From a virus (taxonomy: Duplodnaviria; Caudoviricetes), in the IMG/VR virus record IMGVR_UViG_3300008255_000196, positions 1 through 44,243 of that record: DNA of 44,243 nt; one strand, 5' to 3'. Position 1 is the stretch's first letter, and each line of letters opens with the position of its first letter. This document shows, one piece after another, positions 17,701 to 25,636 of the stretch. The position numbers and the translations under genes are program-made. The notes below the pieces were generated by a model, which was not told where the DNA came from, did not search any database, and saw only the letters and a program-made list of their open reading frames with translations.

Positions 17701-17705
17701 GCCAT
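11745..17705 (-). CDS. Giant multidomain internal virion/ejection protein: J-domain, Dam-like N6-adenine methyltransferase, helical core, C-terminal GH19-like muramidase
   Basis: HPDKGG at 16914-16931; DTFGGSG at 15933-15953, NELD, DPPY at 15513-15524, EMVISN; ALATVEHET...YYGRGFIQLT..YNY; located after nozzle and ejection genes. Confidence 0.85.
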   Translation of the reverse strand: MAINLGNLFIQVKQTITGLFKDTRAEQERRRKAEEEKQRKIQEARIKIDQLKSAQIEPPVSQASASIKPGGKFTPGEVAKTVGNIPVMTERGLFSPTVKKGGKTYGAFEATEPRAKPLEVVTLSDLIKPDLYKGGKVGKGIAATAESVMGGLFTSGLPVKLVKPGFSPKTAVATGVLFTGIQAGLSKLRGEDVNPKDLATTFGVGAVFGLLSPKPLSGLPKTQIATNRSLLKKYGFALKDYENPATLRTKFAQTAKVLHPDKGGNPAEFKAFMDAYKNLTSAEAPIEAMSSYEGVIKWAKDLWKKTAEKKAKPTTGKEVVPVGTPGEVVTPPELPASPIPPDIAGLTQLEEPGAVALPASEAIVPSPAGEGATFLPPAVPEPIKPPKLTIPKLERQMTKENFENYLTEAKDQDDYVARINNLRELVNKPEFSADKSKIRQVRALATQEIKNTLGYEIGNNWKQNYSLFMMMKEDPMFKGSVDALQNLIMDLDSKISRRIAKEIEIIRTDMNLPAEGKSYIPYGKYSTHGTGNREWVQTNIPLIRMGNKRGMIGYVLDVLGIKQKDLPSIAGTDVSHLSEIKNVVDTFGGSGLMSNLSKKLFPQATITYNELDPNIFKAIDMAKVDPVKLNKYVSMVGKYLVDNPGSDWLEHFKKEYKSDPDFKTAAQLIEALGGRTGEITAGKMSNLIQAIPNFSKTFTGIKTSNQDAFALIDHYIKEGKPSDFLWIDPPYLWSSGYGVGSTMERAEGFMKLLDKLDKLNQRGVKFVFFNNDPEVQVEKAGREAPHLTNIVRRINALSNEGMVVIKGINPIGAAVRREMVISNLDYGLKGGRLLNLKEVEMAIKALKDDPAAAPKELLKLYRDIRNTSEFAPKGKSIWPSQVRKINALRKVLSIKNREMIPVLDELLGETSMSKMTFEDGKKLINWLQPRNWDIIESKIRLTREMAESERRERLIGDRFVAKDTEMEEKYGSLAIMNKTVGDIENLVGLMRNLPRPQKMEPGLIRNLLSIGVRMVSEDTATKLLGIKESFHSPMRRIIDIANVHGERMKMAVSTPMKDLTIAERKQVLFLQSGADKYYKGTITERAKQVANYIQELSEANIALVNRIRVAKGQPPLVAKKPYIPWIVEENLAMAANLFGGNKFWESRTKTPRDFAAGLFEHDPARIIDIWANSSSSWIKKHLWGALMQQRVDDTFKVFDPASAYAREMVMLDIYDMLPEGERFFRALGSAINKNIGSIFPKRIKVDPELAKSVLNTTFGQELRESIKNGYLEIPRIQIPNLVNTFHMIFYPLKLAFNFSFALLNRQQPWSALPFIGPKAQLMGRLRMYNSLFPWNRKARKLYSVALEESGYQFGRYVSGNKLPSTKATIRFGEIFPLLKGKEFNYGKVIDYTTNILASITEFTNRLESEYGFDSYLTTNVEKKLDIKISQEDRLKLSARFSAYINFLSGKGYSPVGQRTALGRLLYTFNQYPINMINVYSDMAKVSMKDKGAAEFMKEMGREAGITPELIEKFDKLSNKSKANVFLIFIAIAIPVATLYALSRSWNVAARALPGIPRVALSDFIDQLFNWMGDPTNQDNKDNLTKEIDSLFKPTASARLDDYFNIVDSGMLLTSSGRPIFVDDNRRNALNALIFGRSSLPEYEEAYPSILSKTFGGNTSADKVREMNNERDSIRNEETKLAVDVTKKLISKSVKTDDIERELIRLAKDNKMNDAVKDKIRGYLKEYSMGIDPFERALKDLNDEDQAQFILDIINDSTKSTEEVQNTINRYKEQKIITPNVMKEMKELMTQQEGILGAPEVAGATTDQFSGLFKEESPISDTAVTQVARIADVKNKESVMTNVPLIAKALKDEGIYSKRVMAYALATVEHETAQTFEPIEEINGRAHARRLGYSGGDNYYGRGFIQLTHDYNYKKYGERLGLGSKLVDDPSLALDKAVSARILAAYFKDQGVAEIANNNFINARRLINKDRRARSIAARAEDFLKVL

Positions 17706-17711
17706 GCATGT

Positions 17712-18899
17712 TTAGAACTCAATTACCGTCCCGTCAGGACGGGTAAATTTAATAATACCGGTGCCATCGGCTTTAGGTTTGAGTGTCCAGTTCTGTACCT
17801 CTTCTTCTGTAGCGGTAGATTTACCAGAGGGAGAATTAAGATCGTATTCATTACGAATCATATAAGAGGGAACTTCACCAGAATATCGTTTGATTACCGT
17901 CTCAAGACTGGCTCCACCCTTGACATCACTAATAAGACTGGCACGAGCCTTTTTTTCACTTCTCTCGGTTTCTGTTTTGTCGGTTTCTGTGGTATTTGAT
18001 AACGACTTATTTTTATATCTCTGCTCAAAAGCAGTAGCCTCGGCCGCCTTGGTACCAATGAAGCTTAGAAGTGTACCTGAGTCCTCACTACCATTAAGAG
18101 TAGCTCCGGCCTGTGCCGCCGCCAACTGAAGTTGTTTGTCATAAGAACGTTTCTCTGAAGCAATGGTCTGAGCCAACTGCCAGTCCTGATCGGATAGGGT
18201 TCTCTCTCGATTAAGTTTGTCATACATGGATGTAAGTAGAGTCTCACGGTCGGCAGTAAAGCCGGTGAGTAAACGAGCATTGCGATCAACAATGGCAGTG
18301 TAGCGCAGTTTGAGAGGCTCCAGATCCATATCCTGACCTTGCATGGCCAGTTGGGTCTTAATACCGATACCTTGTTCAGCGGCTGAAATTTGTTGACCAA
18401 CACGACCTTGGGCAGTTCCTAGTTTAGTGAGCGATTCTACAAGAGGCTCTCGTCCGGCGCTAACCATACCTGATCTCTGGGCCTCAGTGGCCAGTGACTC
18501 CCGAGTACGAGCGGCCACATTGCCCTCCACCGCATCCAAGGCATCCTCAAGATTGAAAATCTCCTTGGATAGGGTAGCTGAAGTAGCGCGTAGTGCAGGT
18601 AATCCGGCTTCTGTTTCCATTCTGCCATAAATATCTAAAGGTTTCTCCCTGGACCTCATCTCCATAATAAGATCGATGAGAGCCTGATTTTCACCCGGAA
18701 ATTGTCCTTGAATATATTCACTGACTGAGGGAACTTGGCTAAGATCAATACCACCGGTAGAACGGCCACCCGAATCTCCACCGCCGTTATCTTGTCCTTT
18801 TCCTGAACCACCAGTAGCATTAAAGTCGGCATTGGCCTCGGCATCTCCCCAACCTTGGTACCCTCCAAACCCTCTATTTACCAATTCTTGTGCTGTCAT
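17712..18899 (-). CDS. Probable ejection/internal virion protein
   Basis: Gly-rich N-terminus, long helical A/Q/E-rich body; position between nozzle and giant protein. Confidence 0.6.
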   Translation of the reverse strand: MTAQELVNRGFGGYQGWGDAEANADFNATGGSGKGQDNGGGDSGGRSTGGIDLSQVPSVSEYIQGQFPGENQALIDLIMEMRSREKPLDIYGRMETEAGLPALRATSATLSKEIFNLEDALDAVEGNVAARTRESLATEAQRSGMVSAGREPLVESLTKLGTAQGRVGQQISAAEQGIGIKTQLAMQGQDMDLEPLKLRYTAIVDRNARLLTGFTADRETLLTSMYDKLNRERTLSDQDWQLAQTIASEKRSYDKQLQLAAAQAGATLNGSEDSGTLLSFIGTKAAEATAFEQRYKNKSLSNTTETDKTETERSEKKARASLISDVKGGASLETVIKRYSGEVPSYMIRNEYDLNSPSGKSTATEEEVQNWTLKPKADGTGIIKFTRPDGTVIEF

Positions 18900-18916
18900 G
18901 TTTTTATTATACCAAC

Positions 18917-19168
18917 TTAAGTCAGAACTTCATCTTTCCAAGCTGATCCGTTCCAAATTGATAATGTATCTGTATCGGTAGCAAAATAGGCGAGAACCTC
19001 TGTAGTGCCATCGGGACGATCGGCGGCTAAACCACGGAAGATAATCATGGCTTCAAGATGGCGCTGTTTAACTCCACCCGGAAGAATGTCTGACTGTTGG
19101 ATAGTCCGGCGAAGAACATCCTGAACAATCTGTTCAATTTCACGTCTATTTAAGTTTGGTGTATCCAT
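18917..19168 (-). CDS. Small tail accessory protein
   Basis: 83 aa ending YFATDTDTLSIWNGSAW, a fibre-type motif; follows the nozzle gene. Confidence 0.55.
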   Translation of the reverse strand: MDTPNLNRREIEQIVQDVLRRTIQQSDILPGGVKQRHLEAMIIFRGLAADRPDGTTEVLAYFATDTDTLSIWNGSAWKDEVLT

Positions 19169-19171
19169 ATT

Positions 19172-22100
19172 TTATGTCCTACGCTCCCGATTTAGGTCGT
19201 CGTACTCTAGACCCCAACCGTAAAACTCCGGTGAAGTAGTATTGGAGGTAGCAATGTCAATAGCCACCTGGAAGTCATCGAACCGATTTGACTTGGTGGG
19301 GATAACCAGACGAGTCTCTTTGGCCAAAGCAGTGGTAATAAGACTTCCTTCTTCCCAAGAATCTTCCCTGTCTATCTTATACTTCGCTTTAAATGAGTCC
19401 CCTGATACCAAAGCCTTGAACCTGCCACGGATTGTATGGGCCTGTTTCTCCGCCCAGATCTTGTCAGCATCAGTAATGAGGAACTCAACCGTACCGGACG
19501 CGTAAGGGGCATTAGACGGGGCCACCTTATCCAACCCGTATGAGGTTCCATTCCTCCAAGAGATCATGAGATTAGATCCGACTGAAAAGACAGCTCCTAT
19601 CTCCAAACCCGTGCCGGTAGTAATACCAAGAGAAGTGGTGTAGTCAAAACTGAGAGATTCCGGCAGTTCTTCGTGCAAAGTCCCATAGGACAAAACACCT
19701 TTTTCAATGGTCGTCGAAGTGGTCTTAGCCATGCCGATGTGGACCAAAGCACGGTACATAGATAGAGCATTGCGGTTAAACTCGAGCGTATCAGTAAGTT
19801 TAATGCTAGGTAACCGGCGGATCTTTCTAGGTTGTCCGCCATCAAATTTCATGAAGTCACCTGAATAACCGGCCATAAAATACATGGGGTCACCGGAAAG
19901 GATAGAGTTAATACCACCCTGAGGCACATCACGGTAGAAGTTGTAGGTATCAGCCGTACCATCCCAGAAGAACAATTTACCCTGATCATACTCGGTAATA
20001 CCCGAACCCTGAATCATACCAATAACAATGTACTCACGCCACTTGCCCAAGCATTTGACATGATAACCTGAGGGGAAAGTAAGTCGATGGGGTTTGTAGG
20101 TAATGCCATCCCAGGTGGCTAGATACCTCTCGTTGCCAATGGCCTCAAAATTGAGCTGATCTTCAATAGGATGATTCTCATCATCCACCAGAAATTGATA
20201 GTAAGTATGAAAGTCAGCTGTTTCGAGATCATTAAGAGTGGTGGTAACCACAACGCCATCAGCGACAGTTGAGGTAATGTGGAAGTGATAAGTAGCTCCT
20301 AGGACAGGCCGCCATTCATCGGCAAAGGTAAATTCAAAGTCTCCGGTATGAAGTTGAGCATTAGCAACCGTAACAGCCGCCACAGTCCGATTAAGAGCAT
20401 CGTGGACAGTCATAGTCCAGTTGCCTGTCCCCACCGTATTTATATTAACCTCCACACTCTTCTGAGGATCCTTGGCAGGAATAAAGCTCTGGCGGTTAGT
20501 GGCTCCCTCGTCAATATCAATAGGGAGAGTTTCTGTCTGACCGGAAGTATCGAGTGACTTATCAAGGTCGAGTCTTGCAGTAGGTGAAGCAAAAGGAACC
20601 TCGGTACTGTATGTTGGCGTATTCACTAAAGTAAGAGTGTTGGCATTAGCAGTGGTGTCGGTTTCGGAATTATCGACTTGCCAATAGGCAACAAGATTGG
20701 GGGCAGAGGCGGAAATTTCCACATCATTATTGACAAACAACTCATTCTGAATCCGAATGTCACTCCACAGACGGACATCATCTGTCTTGCCTCCGGCGAA
20801 GTTGACCGCCGTCCCGGCGCTATTAAAGGAAGCACCGATAGCTAGTAATGCCGTTGAGTCATAAATAGCCGTCAAAGACCCTGTAGACCTCCCCAAAAGT
20901 GATCCATTGCGATAGAAGTAGGCTTGAGAGGCGGAGGCATCCCAGGTAACTGCCCAGCGATACCATTGACTGGTAACAGGGGTAAGTGATAGAGTGTGTG
21001 CCAGAAATTCTTCATTAGTGCCATTGCTGGAAATTCCTAGACGAAGTTGATATGAAACATTGGTGACTAAGGTTTGGTCTTGAGTAGCATTAATTGTAGG
21101 TGAAGTCGTACCGGTATATGAAGTATAGTAGTCTAAATGAACACGACCATCTCCACCAGCTCCACCGCGTGTATTAGCTAAGCCACTAACTCCACCTGTG
21201 GCGCTAATTAAACCACTTCCAAGAGTTGCCACCTGAGCTTTTAACATACAAGATCCCCCACCCCCACCTCCACCCGATCTTTCAACACCTCCACCTGAGT
21301 CATTTCCAGCAACAGTGACAGATCCAGCAATAGTAATGGTTGTACTCGCTATAAAAATTATTCCACCACCCACTGCACCATCTGAAGAAGAATTTGAATT
21401 AGATGTACCTCCACCCCCACCGCCACCAAAGAGCATTGTTGTTAAGTCAGTCGTAGATCCAATAGGATACCCCCAGTTCTGGCTGTAGTCAGGGTTATCA
21501 CCGTTCCATCCACCAATACCTCTAGTCGCACCTCCCCCACCCCCACCTCCAACAGCGCTACCATCCCATCCAGCTCCATTTTCTCTGGTGTCTGGATATG
21601 CAGTTTTTCCTTCACCATTTTGACCATTGTCATCGGTAGTTCCTCTGGGACCACCCCTAAACCCCTTTCCTTTGGCCGAAACGGTTCCATTAACAGTAAA
21701 GGTTCCATTACACAGATAACCCAAAATGCCACCAACCGTACCATTCCATGCCTTGGCGGTCCAAGTAATTCCGGAGTTGACGGTTATACCCGAATACTCT
21801 TTAAGAACCAGAACTTGAGCTCCAGTAGTGTAAGTATTAGTGAGGGCGGTAGCAACTGTAATGGTGCCAGCCGTATATCCAGCTATCTGATTTCTTTCCC
21901 ATTTTCCTGCTCCGGTTCCTTGAGATTGAATAATTAAAAGTTGCTGACCGGTAGTAAAAGAAGCATTAGTGGCAGTCATGGTATAAGCGGCCGCCGTGCC
22001 AGTACAAGCAGAGTCAATGGGAGCATCTGTAGTATTGGCAGAGATAGTCAAGGCACCATCACTGGCATCACCAAAATAGCCGGAAATGCCATATATCTCA

Positions 22101-22726
22101 AAACGGTAAGATCGTAGGTTTCCATCTTCGTTCCACTTACTAACAAAAACCTGAGATTCACCGACCGCAGGGAGAGCAGTCAGATTAAAATAAGATTCGA
22201 TAGAAATATCTCCGGTTTGAGAAAGAGAAGCTGAATCAGCCGCCGTGGCATACTGAGTGGTACCGTTGAGGGACAGAGAATGAGTATTGAGAGGAATGCC
22301 ACCTTGTGCTCCCAGGAAGTCATCTACAAAGGTTTTAGTGCCTCCCCCGACCCCAAACGGGCCATAACGGCCAATGGTCGTATCTGTCGTATAGTACATA
22401 AAAAGATCCTCACCAAAGTAATCCATGCCATTACCATGAGAATCAGTGGCCTGGTTAAGAAAGCTGACGACATCGGCCGAGGTTCGTTTATAGATATTGC
22501 CACTATCACCATAAAGATAGGTGTCCGTGCCCTCGCGTGCGTGATCAAGAATCAGATCTTCAACAACAGAGCCTGAAATTTTAGTTGTTCGTGGAAGTAG
22601 TTTGATTTTGGTAGGATCGGAACGATAGTCAACGTTCTTGGCCATAAGAAAGGACGACCGCGATCCCTCCTTGTCTGAATAGGATAATCCGGCAAAGCGT
22701 GATTGGGGTACAATTTGGCGGGCCAT
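19172..22726 (-). CDS. Tail nozzle/stabilisation protein (P22 gp10/T7 gp12-like) with inserted LamG-like and Gly-rich domains
   Basis: Propeller-like N- and C-terminal segments (FFWDG) around a split LamG fold (LSLNGTTQY...WYRWAVTWD...DDVRLWS...LVAYW) and a GGGGG-rich block. Confidence 0.7.
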   Translation of the reverse strand: MARQIVPQSRFAGLSYSDKEGSRSSFLMAKNVDYRSDPTKIKLLPRTTKISGSVVEDLILDHAREGTDTYLYGDSGNIYKRTSADVVSFLNQATDSHGNGMDYFGEDLFMYYTTDTTIGRYGPFGVGGGTKTFVDDFLGAQGGIPLNTHSLSLNGTTQYATAADSASLSQTGDISIESYFNLTALPAVGESQVFVSKWNEDGNLRSYRFEIYGISGYFGDASDGALTISANTTDAPIDSACTGTAAAYTMTATNASFTTGQQLLIIQSQGTGAGKWERNQIAGYTAGTITVATALTNTYTTGAQVLVLKEYSGITVNSGITWTAKAWNGTVGGILGYLCNGTFTVNGTVSAKGKGFRGGPRGTTDDNGQNGEGKTAYPDTRENGAGWDGSAVGGGGGGGATRGIGGWNGDNPDYSQNWGYPIGSTTDLTTMLFGGGGGGGTSNSNSSSDGAVGGGIIFIASTTITIAGSVTVAGNDSGGGVERSGGGGGGGSCMLKAQVATLGSGLISATGGVSGLANTRGGAGGDGRVHLDYYTSYTGTTSPTINATQDQTLVTNVSYQLRLGISSNGTNEEFLAHTLSLTPVTSQWYRWAVTWDASASQAYFYRNGSLLGRSTGSLTAIYDSTALLAIGASFNSAGTAVNFAGGKTDDVRLWSDIRIQNELFVNNDVEISASAPNLVAYWQVDNSETDTTANANTLTLVNTPTYSTEVPFASPTARLDLDKSLDTSGQTETLPIDIDEGATNRQSFIPAKDPQKSVEVNINTVGTGNWTMTVHDALNRTVAAVTVANAQLHTGDFEFTFADEWRPVLGATYHFHITSTVADGVVVTTTLNDLETADFHTYYQFLVDDENHPIEDQLNFEAIGNERYLATWDGITYKPHRLTFPSGYHVKCLGKWREYIVIGMIQGSGITEYDQGKLFFWDGTADTYNFYRDVPQGGINSILSGDPMYFMAGYSGDFMKFDGGQPRKIRRLPSIKLTDTLEFNRNALSMYRALVHIGMAKTTSTTIEKGVLSYGTLHEELPESLSFDYTTSLGITTGTGLEIGAVFSVGSNLMISWRNGTSYGLDKVAPSNAPYASGTVEFLITDADKIWAEKQAHTIRGRFKALVSGDSFKAKYKIDREDSWEEGSLITTALAKETRLVIPTKSNRFDDFQVAIDIATSNTTSPEFYGWGLEYDDLNRERRT

Positions 22727-23640
22727 TATGACATATTTTGCGGATAATAATTAGGATTTATCGGATGGCGATAACCAAGACCCCTACCGGACTTAACGAT
22801 CCCAGATACCTCCTTGTTGTTATACACCCCCTCGGCCTCCTTAATGCCCTCTTTCCAGGCTCTCTCCCACTCTCTGGCCAGTTGGGTGTCTTTCTTAAAA
22901 AGCGACCATTTCCAGAGAGCGTACCAGACCGGAAGCTCGTGCATCTCATCTGGAGTTATGGGGAACTGTCCGATGGTAAAGGCCTCAGTACCGGCGGCGA
23001 TAGATATTCCTTGATATTTTGTATCCAAAGTGAGAGTAGTGGTGGTCCCAAAAGCGGCAATCTTATACCACTCCCCGTCACTATCAACTCTTAAGTATCT
23101 CCCCACCATAGCCGAAGTAAAGGTAGATCCGCTGGCAGTTAATGCCGTAGAGTCATTAGCTAAAGTAGTGACGGTACCGGTAACATAATCTTCTACTGAC
23201 AGGGGTTTGGTTCGAGAATCATAAGTTAGAGTGGCGGTGTTAGCGGATGAGGGGATGGGATAAAGTTCAACTCGATCACGGCGGATAAAACAGAACTGAA
23301 GAAAATCGCTAGTACTACCGGTAGTATCGGCATTGATATCGCGCCAAATAGATTCGTCTTGAATGAGAGTGGCCAGATACTGAGTGGTTCCAACCGTCAC
23401 ATAGAGAGAATTAAACTTACTGTAGTTTTCCGGTAATTTGTATGATTGGTATGAGGTGCCGGAAATAGCATCTGTCCTAGTGGTAAAGGTTCTAGTTTCC
23501 TCGGTAAAGTAGAGATCCAGGAGAGCCTCAATTTTACTCTGTCCTTGACGAAGCAATGTCTTGGCAAAGGCCAGATTGGTGGTATCGACATCGGAAGCTA
23601 GGGATTGAAATAAGTCTTGTTGGCCAGTCCAGCTAATCAT
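22726..23640 (-). CDS. Head-to-tail adaptor with inserted beta-domain
   Basis: YKLPENY...VELYPIPS...PDEMHELPVWYA adaptor pattern; T-rich insert; ATG at 23640; coupled to nozzle gene. Confidence 0.7.
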   Translation of the reverse strand: MISWTGQQDLFQSLASDVDTTNLAFAKTLLRQGQSKIEALLDLYFTEETRTFTTRTDAISGTSYQSYKLPENYSKFNSLYVTVGTTQYLATLIQDESIWRDINADTTGSTSDFLQFCFIRRDRVELYPIPSSANTATLTYDSRTKPLSVEDYVTGTVTTLANDSTALTASGSTFTSAMVGRYLRVDSDGEWYKIAAFGTTTTLTLDTKYQGISIAAGTEAFTIGQFPITPDEMHELPVWYALWKWSLFKKDTQLAREWERAWKEGIKEAEGVYNNKEVSGIVKSGRGLGYRHPINPNYYPQNMS

Positions 23641-23723
23641 AGTTTTCACAACTAATAATGGGCTGGTGGCCTCGTATACCTAGATTATATCACTGAAAAA
23701 CTACTTTTGTTTTCACTCAACCC

Positions 23724-24518
23724 TTACTCAAAACCGGCTTTGGCCTTAGCTTCGTCCATCAACTCGTCCAGACTTTTATTATGAAGATCGGCATATGATC
23801 GACTTTTACCAGAAGCGTCGCCTCCCTTACCCCCTCCTGAAACCTTGCGAGCCAAGGCCTTAGCCTTTTCATCAGCGGTCTTTTTTTCATCACCACCACC
23901 ACCGGCCTTTTTGATAGCCAAGTCTTTCTGGTAGATCTCAAAAGCCTGAGTCATATTCTGGAGTCTGTACTTAACACCAATTTGGGCCAAATCTTTATCA
24001 AAAGTCTTTCTTTCCTCAGTCCCTGCTTTGGGAATCTCTTCGGGATTAGATTTCCTCAATCCCTCAATTTCAGTCTCAAACCCTTGGTTAATGCGATCCA
24101 GTTCGGCCCTTTGCTTGTCATTCATCCCCTGAATCTCTTTGATGACCGCAGTCACTAGAGCGGGAAGAGCTTTGTTGAAAGGTTCATTCCAATCGGGAGC
24201 TTTGTATGACTTGTCAAAAACATTGATTACTCCCTTGTCTTTGTCTTTATCCTCGTCTTCATCATCATCGTCCTTGCCTTTCTTGGCTAGTTCCTCCTGA
24301 ATCAAAGCTCTGGCTTTTTCAGTGACTGCGGCCTCGAAATCTTCCTTTGTTTTAAAACCAAATCCCTTATCCTCGTCTTCATCATCATCACTTCCTAAAA
24401 AGTCCTTAAATGTTTCTTTTTCCTCATCATTCAGATCATCAGAGTGTTCTTTTAAAAACTCCTTTTCATCGTCTTCTAACTCCGAGGCATCTTTTAGGCG
24501 AATATCTTCTAAATCCAT
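23724..24518 (-). CDS. Probable capsid scaffolding protein
   Basis: Very acidic N-terminus, helical body, short C-terminal helix (SLDELMDEAKAKAG). Confidence 0.55.
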   Translation of the reverse strand: MDLEDIRLKDASELEDDEKEFLKEHSDDLNDEEKETFKDFLGSDDDEDEDKGFGFKTKEDFEAAVTEKARALIQEELAKKGKDDDDEDEDKDKDKGVINVFDKSYKAPDWNEPFNKALPALVTAVIKEIQGMNDKQRAELDRINQGFETEIEGLRKSNPEEIPKAGTEERKTFDKDLAQIGVKYRLQNMTQAFEIYQKDLAIKKAGGGGDEKKTADEKAKALARKVSGGGKGGDASGKSRSYADLHNKSLDELMDEAKAKAGFE

Positions 24519-24519
24519 A

Positions 24520-25176
24520 TTAAACTAGTGACTCTCGGGGATCGCCAATCTCCGTTATTAAATCGGCTACTTTCATCTTGTCATAAGACTTTTGGGTTTT
24601 CTCGTCCCATTGCATCTTCAAAACGTTTTTGGCATAGTCATAAATCTCCGGTCTGGTGGGCATGGCAATGACCTTGGGAGGGAGTGGAGTATCTTCTGTG
24701 GTATCAATGTCAGGTTTACCCTCAAAGTCATCGTCGGGGTCTTGTGTGGGCTTAGAGCCAGGTGTCTCTTTAACTATCTCACCGGCTACCTCATCAGCTC
24801 TTTTATGTTTACCAAGAACGTTTTCAAGATCCGATGGTTTGTTTAATTCTTCCACCAGCTTCTTGTTTTCTTCAGCTTTGGATACCGCTGGTTTATTTTG
24901 ATAAAGCTCTTCTTCAACTACAATCTGAGAAGCAAGTCCTTCTCTGGCTAGAACATCATTGGTAGAAAGTCTCTTTTTGGTGAGAATTTTATCAATTAAG
25001 TGTTTTAGAGCGTGGGAAGCAAGAAATCTGGGAAAGCGGCGAATCTCACCAGCAGGGATGGAGTAAGGATAGTTGCCGGCAGACTTGTCATACTCGAACT
25101 CAAACGGCTCGTCGTCAATATTATGGAGAGCAATCACATCATAATGGGAATATCCCGTCTGGTTTTCTGAACTCAT
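24520..25176 (-). CDS. Hypothetical protein
   Basis: 218 aa; TTGACA-17-TTTAAT-6-ATG promoter at 25183-25211. Confidence 0.7.
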   Translation of the reverse strand: MSSENQTGYSHYDVIALHNIDDEPFEFEYDKSAGNYPYSIPAGEIRRFPRFLASHALKHLIDKILTKKRLSTNDVLAREGLASQIVVEEELYQNKPAVSKAEENKKLVEELNKPSDLENVLGKHKRADEVAGEIVKETPGSKPTQDPDDDFEGKPDIDTTEDTPLPPKVIAMPTRPEIYDYAKNVLKMQWDEKTQKSYDKMKVADLITEIGDPRESLV

Positions 25177-25221
25177 TAATCTATTAAATCACACAAGAAG
25201 AAATTTGTCAATTCATGTAAA

Positions 25222-25635
25222 TTATCTCCTAGTAGGTACGACCCCCCAACTTCGAATGATTCCGCGAATACGGTTAGAAGTGGAAGTGGTCAAACTACGT
25301 CCCTGTGACAAGATCTTAGATGACCTCGGTAGACCACTGTTGACAGCACGGAGAACCATGTAGCTGGTTCTAAATAGAGATTGGACAACGAAGTTAAGAT
25401 TAAAAGGTTGAGTGAGGGGTTTGGCTACCTGGGGTCGTCGATCAACGGGCCTCGTTACTATATACGAGAGATTGCGAAGAGCCTGGAAGAACCTAACTCT
25501 GTTAGTAATAGGTTTAAATGTCTGAGGCCGCCTATTTGATGTAAAAACTAGGTAGCTAGTATTCCGTAAAGCTCTGAAAAATCTGATAGATTGGGTTACT
25601 GGAGGAAATGGTTGTGCTCTTCCTAGTCTTGCCAT
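25222..25635 (-). CDS. Highly basic protein with three ~30-aa repeats, probable virion accessory
   Basis: Repeats RxQxxxP(V/I/L)T...F..(L)..xSY(L/I/M)V; only one acidic residue. Confidence 0.6.
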   Translation of the reverse strand: MARLGRAQPFPPVTQSIRFFRALRNTSYLVFTSNRRPQTFKPITNRVRFFQALRNLSYIVTRPVDRRPQVAKPLTQPFNLNFVVQSLFRTSYMVLRAVNSGLPRSSKILSQGRSLTTSTSNRIRGIIRSWGVVPTRR

Positions 25636-25636
25636 A

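Noticed and set aside
11745-17705. Tape measure protein
   Set aside because: No tail tube, sheath or tail assembly chaperone genes; the adaptor-nozzle-ejection order indicates a podovirus
21250-21550. C-rich runs as phase-variable tracts or G-quadruplex elements
   Set aside because: Explained by poly-glycine codons in an intact reading frame
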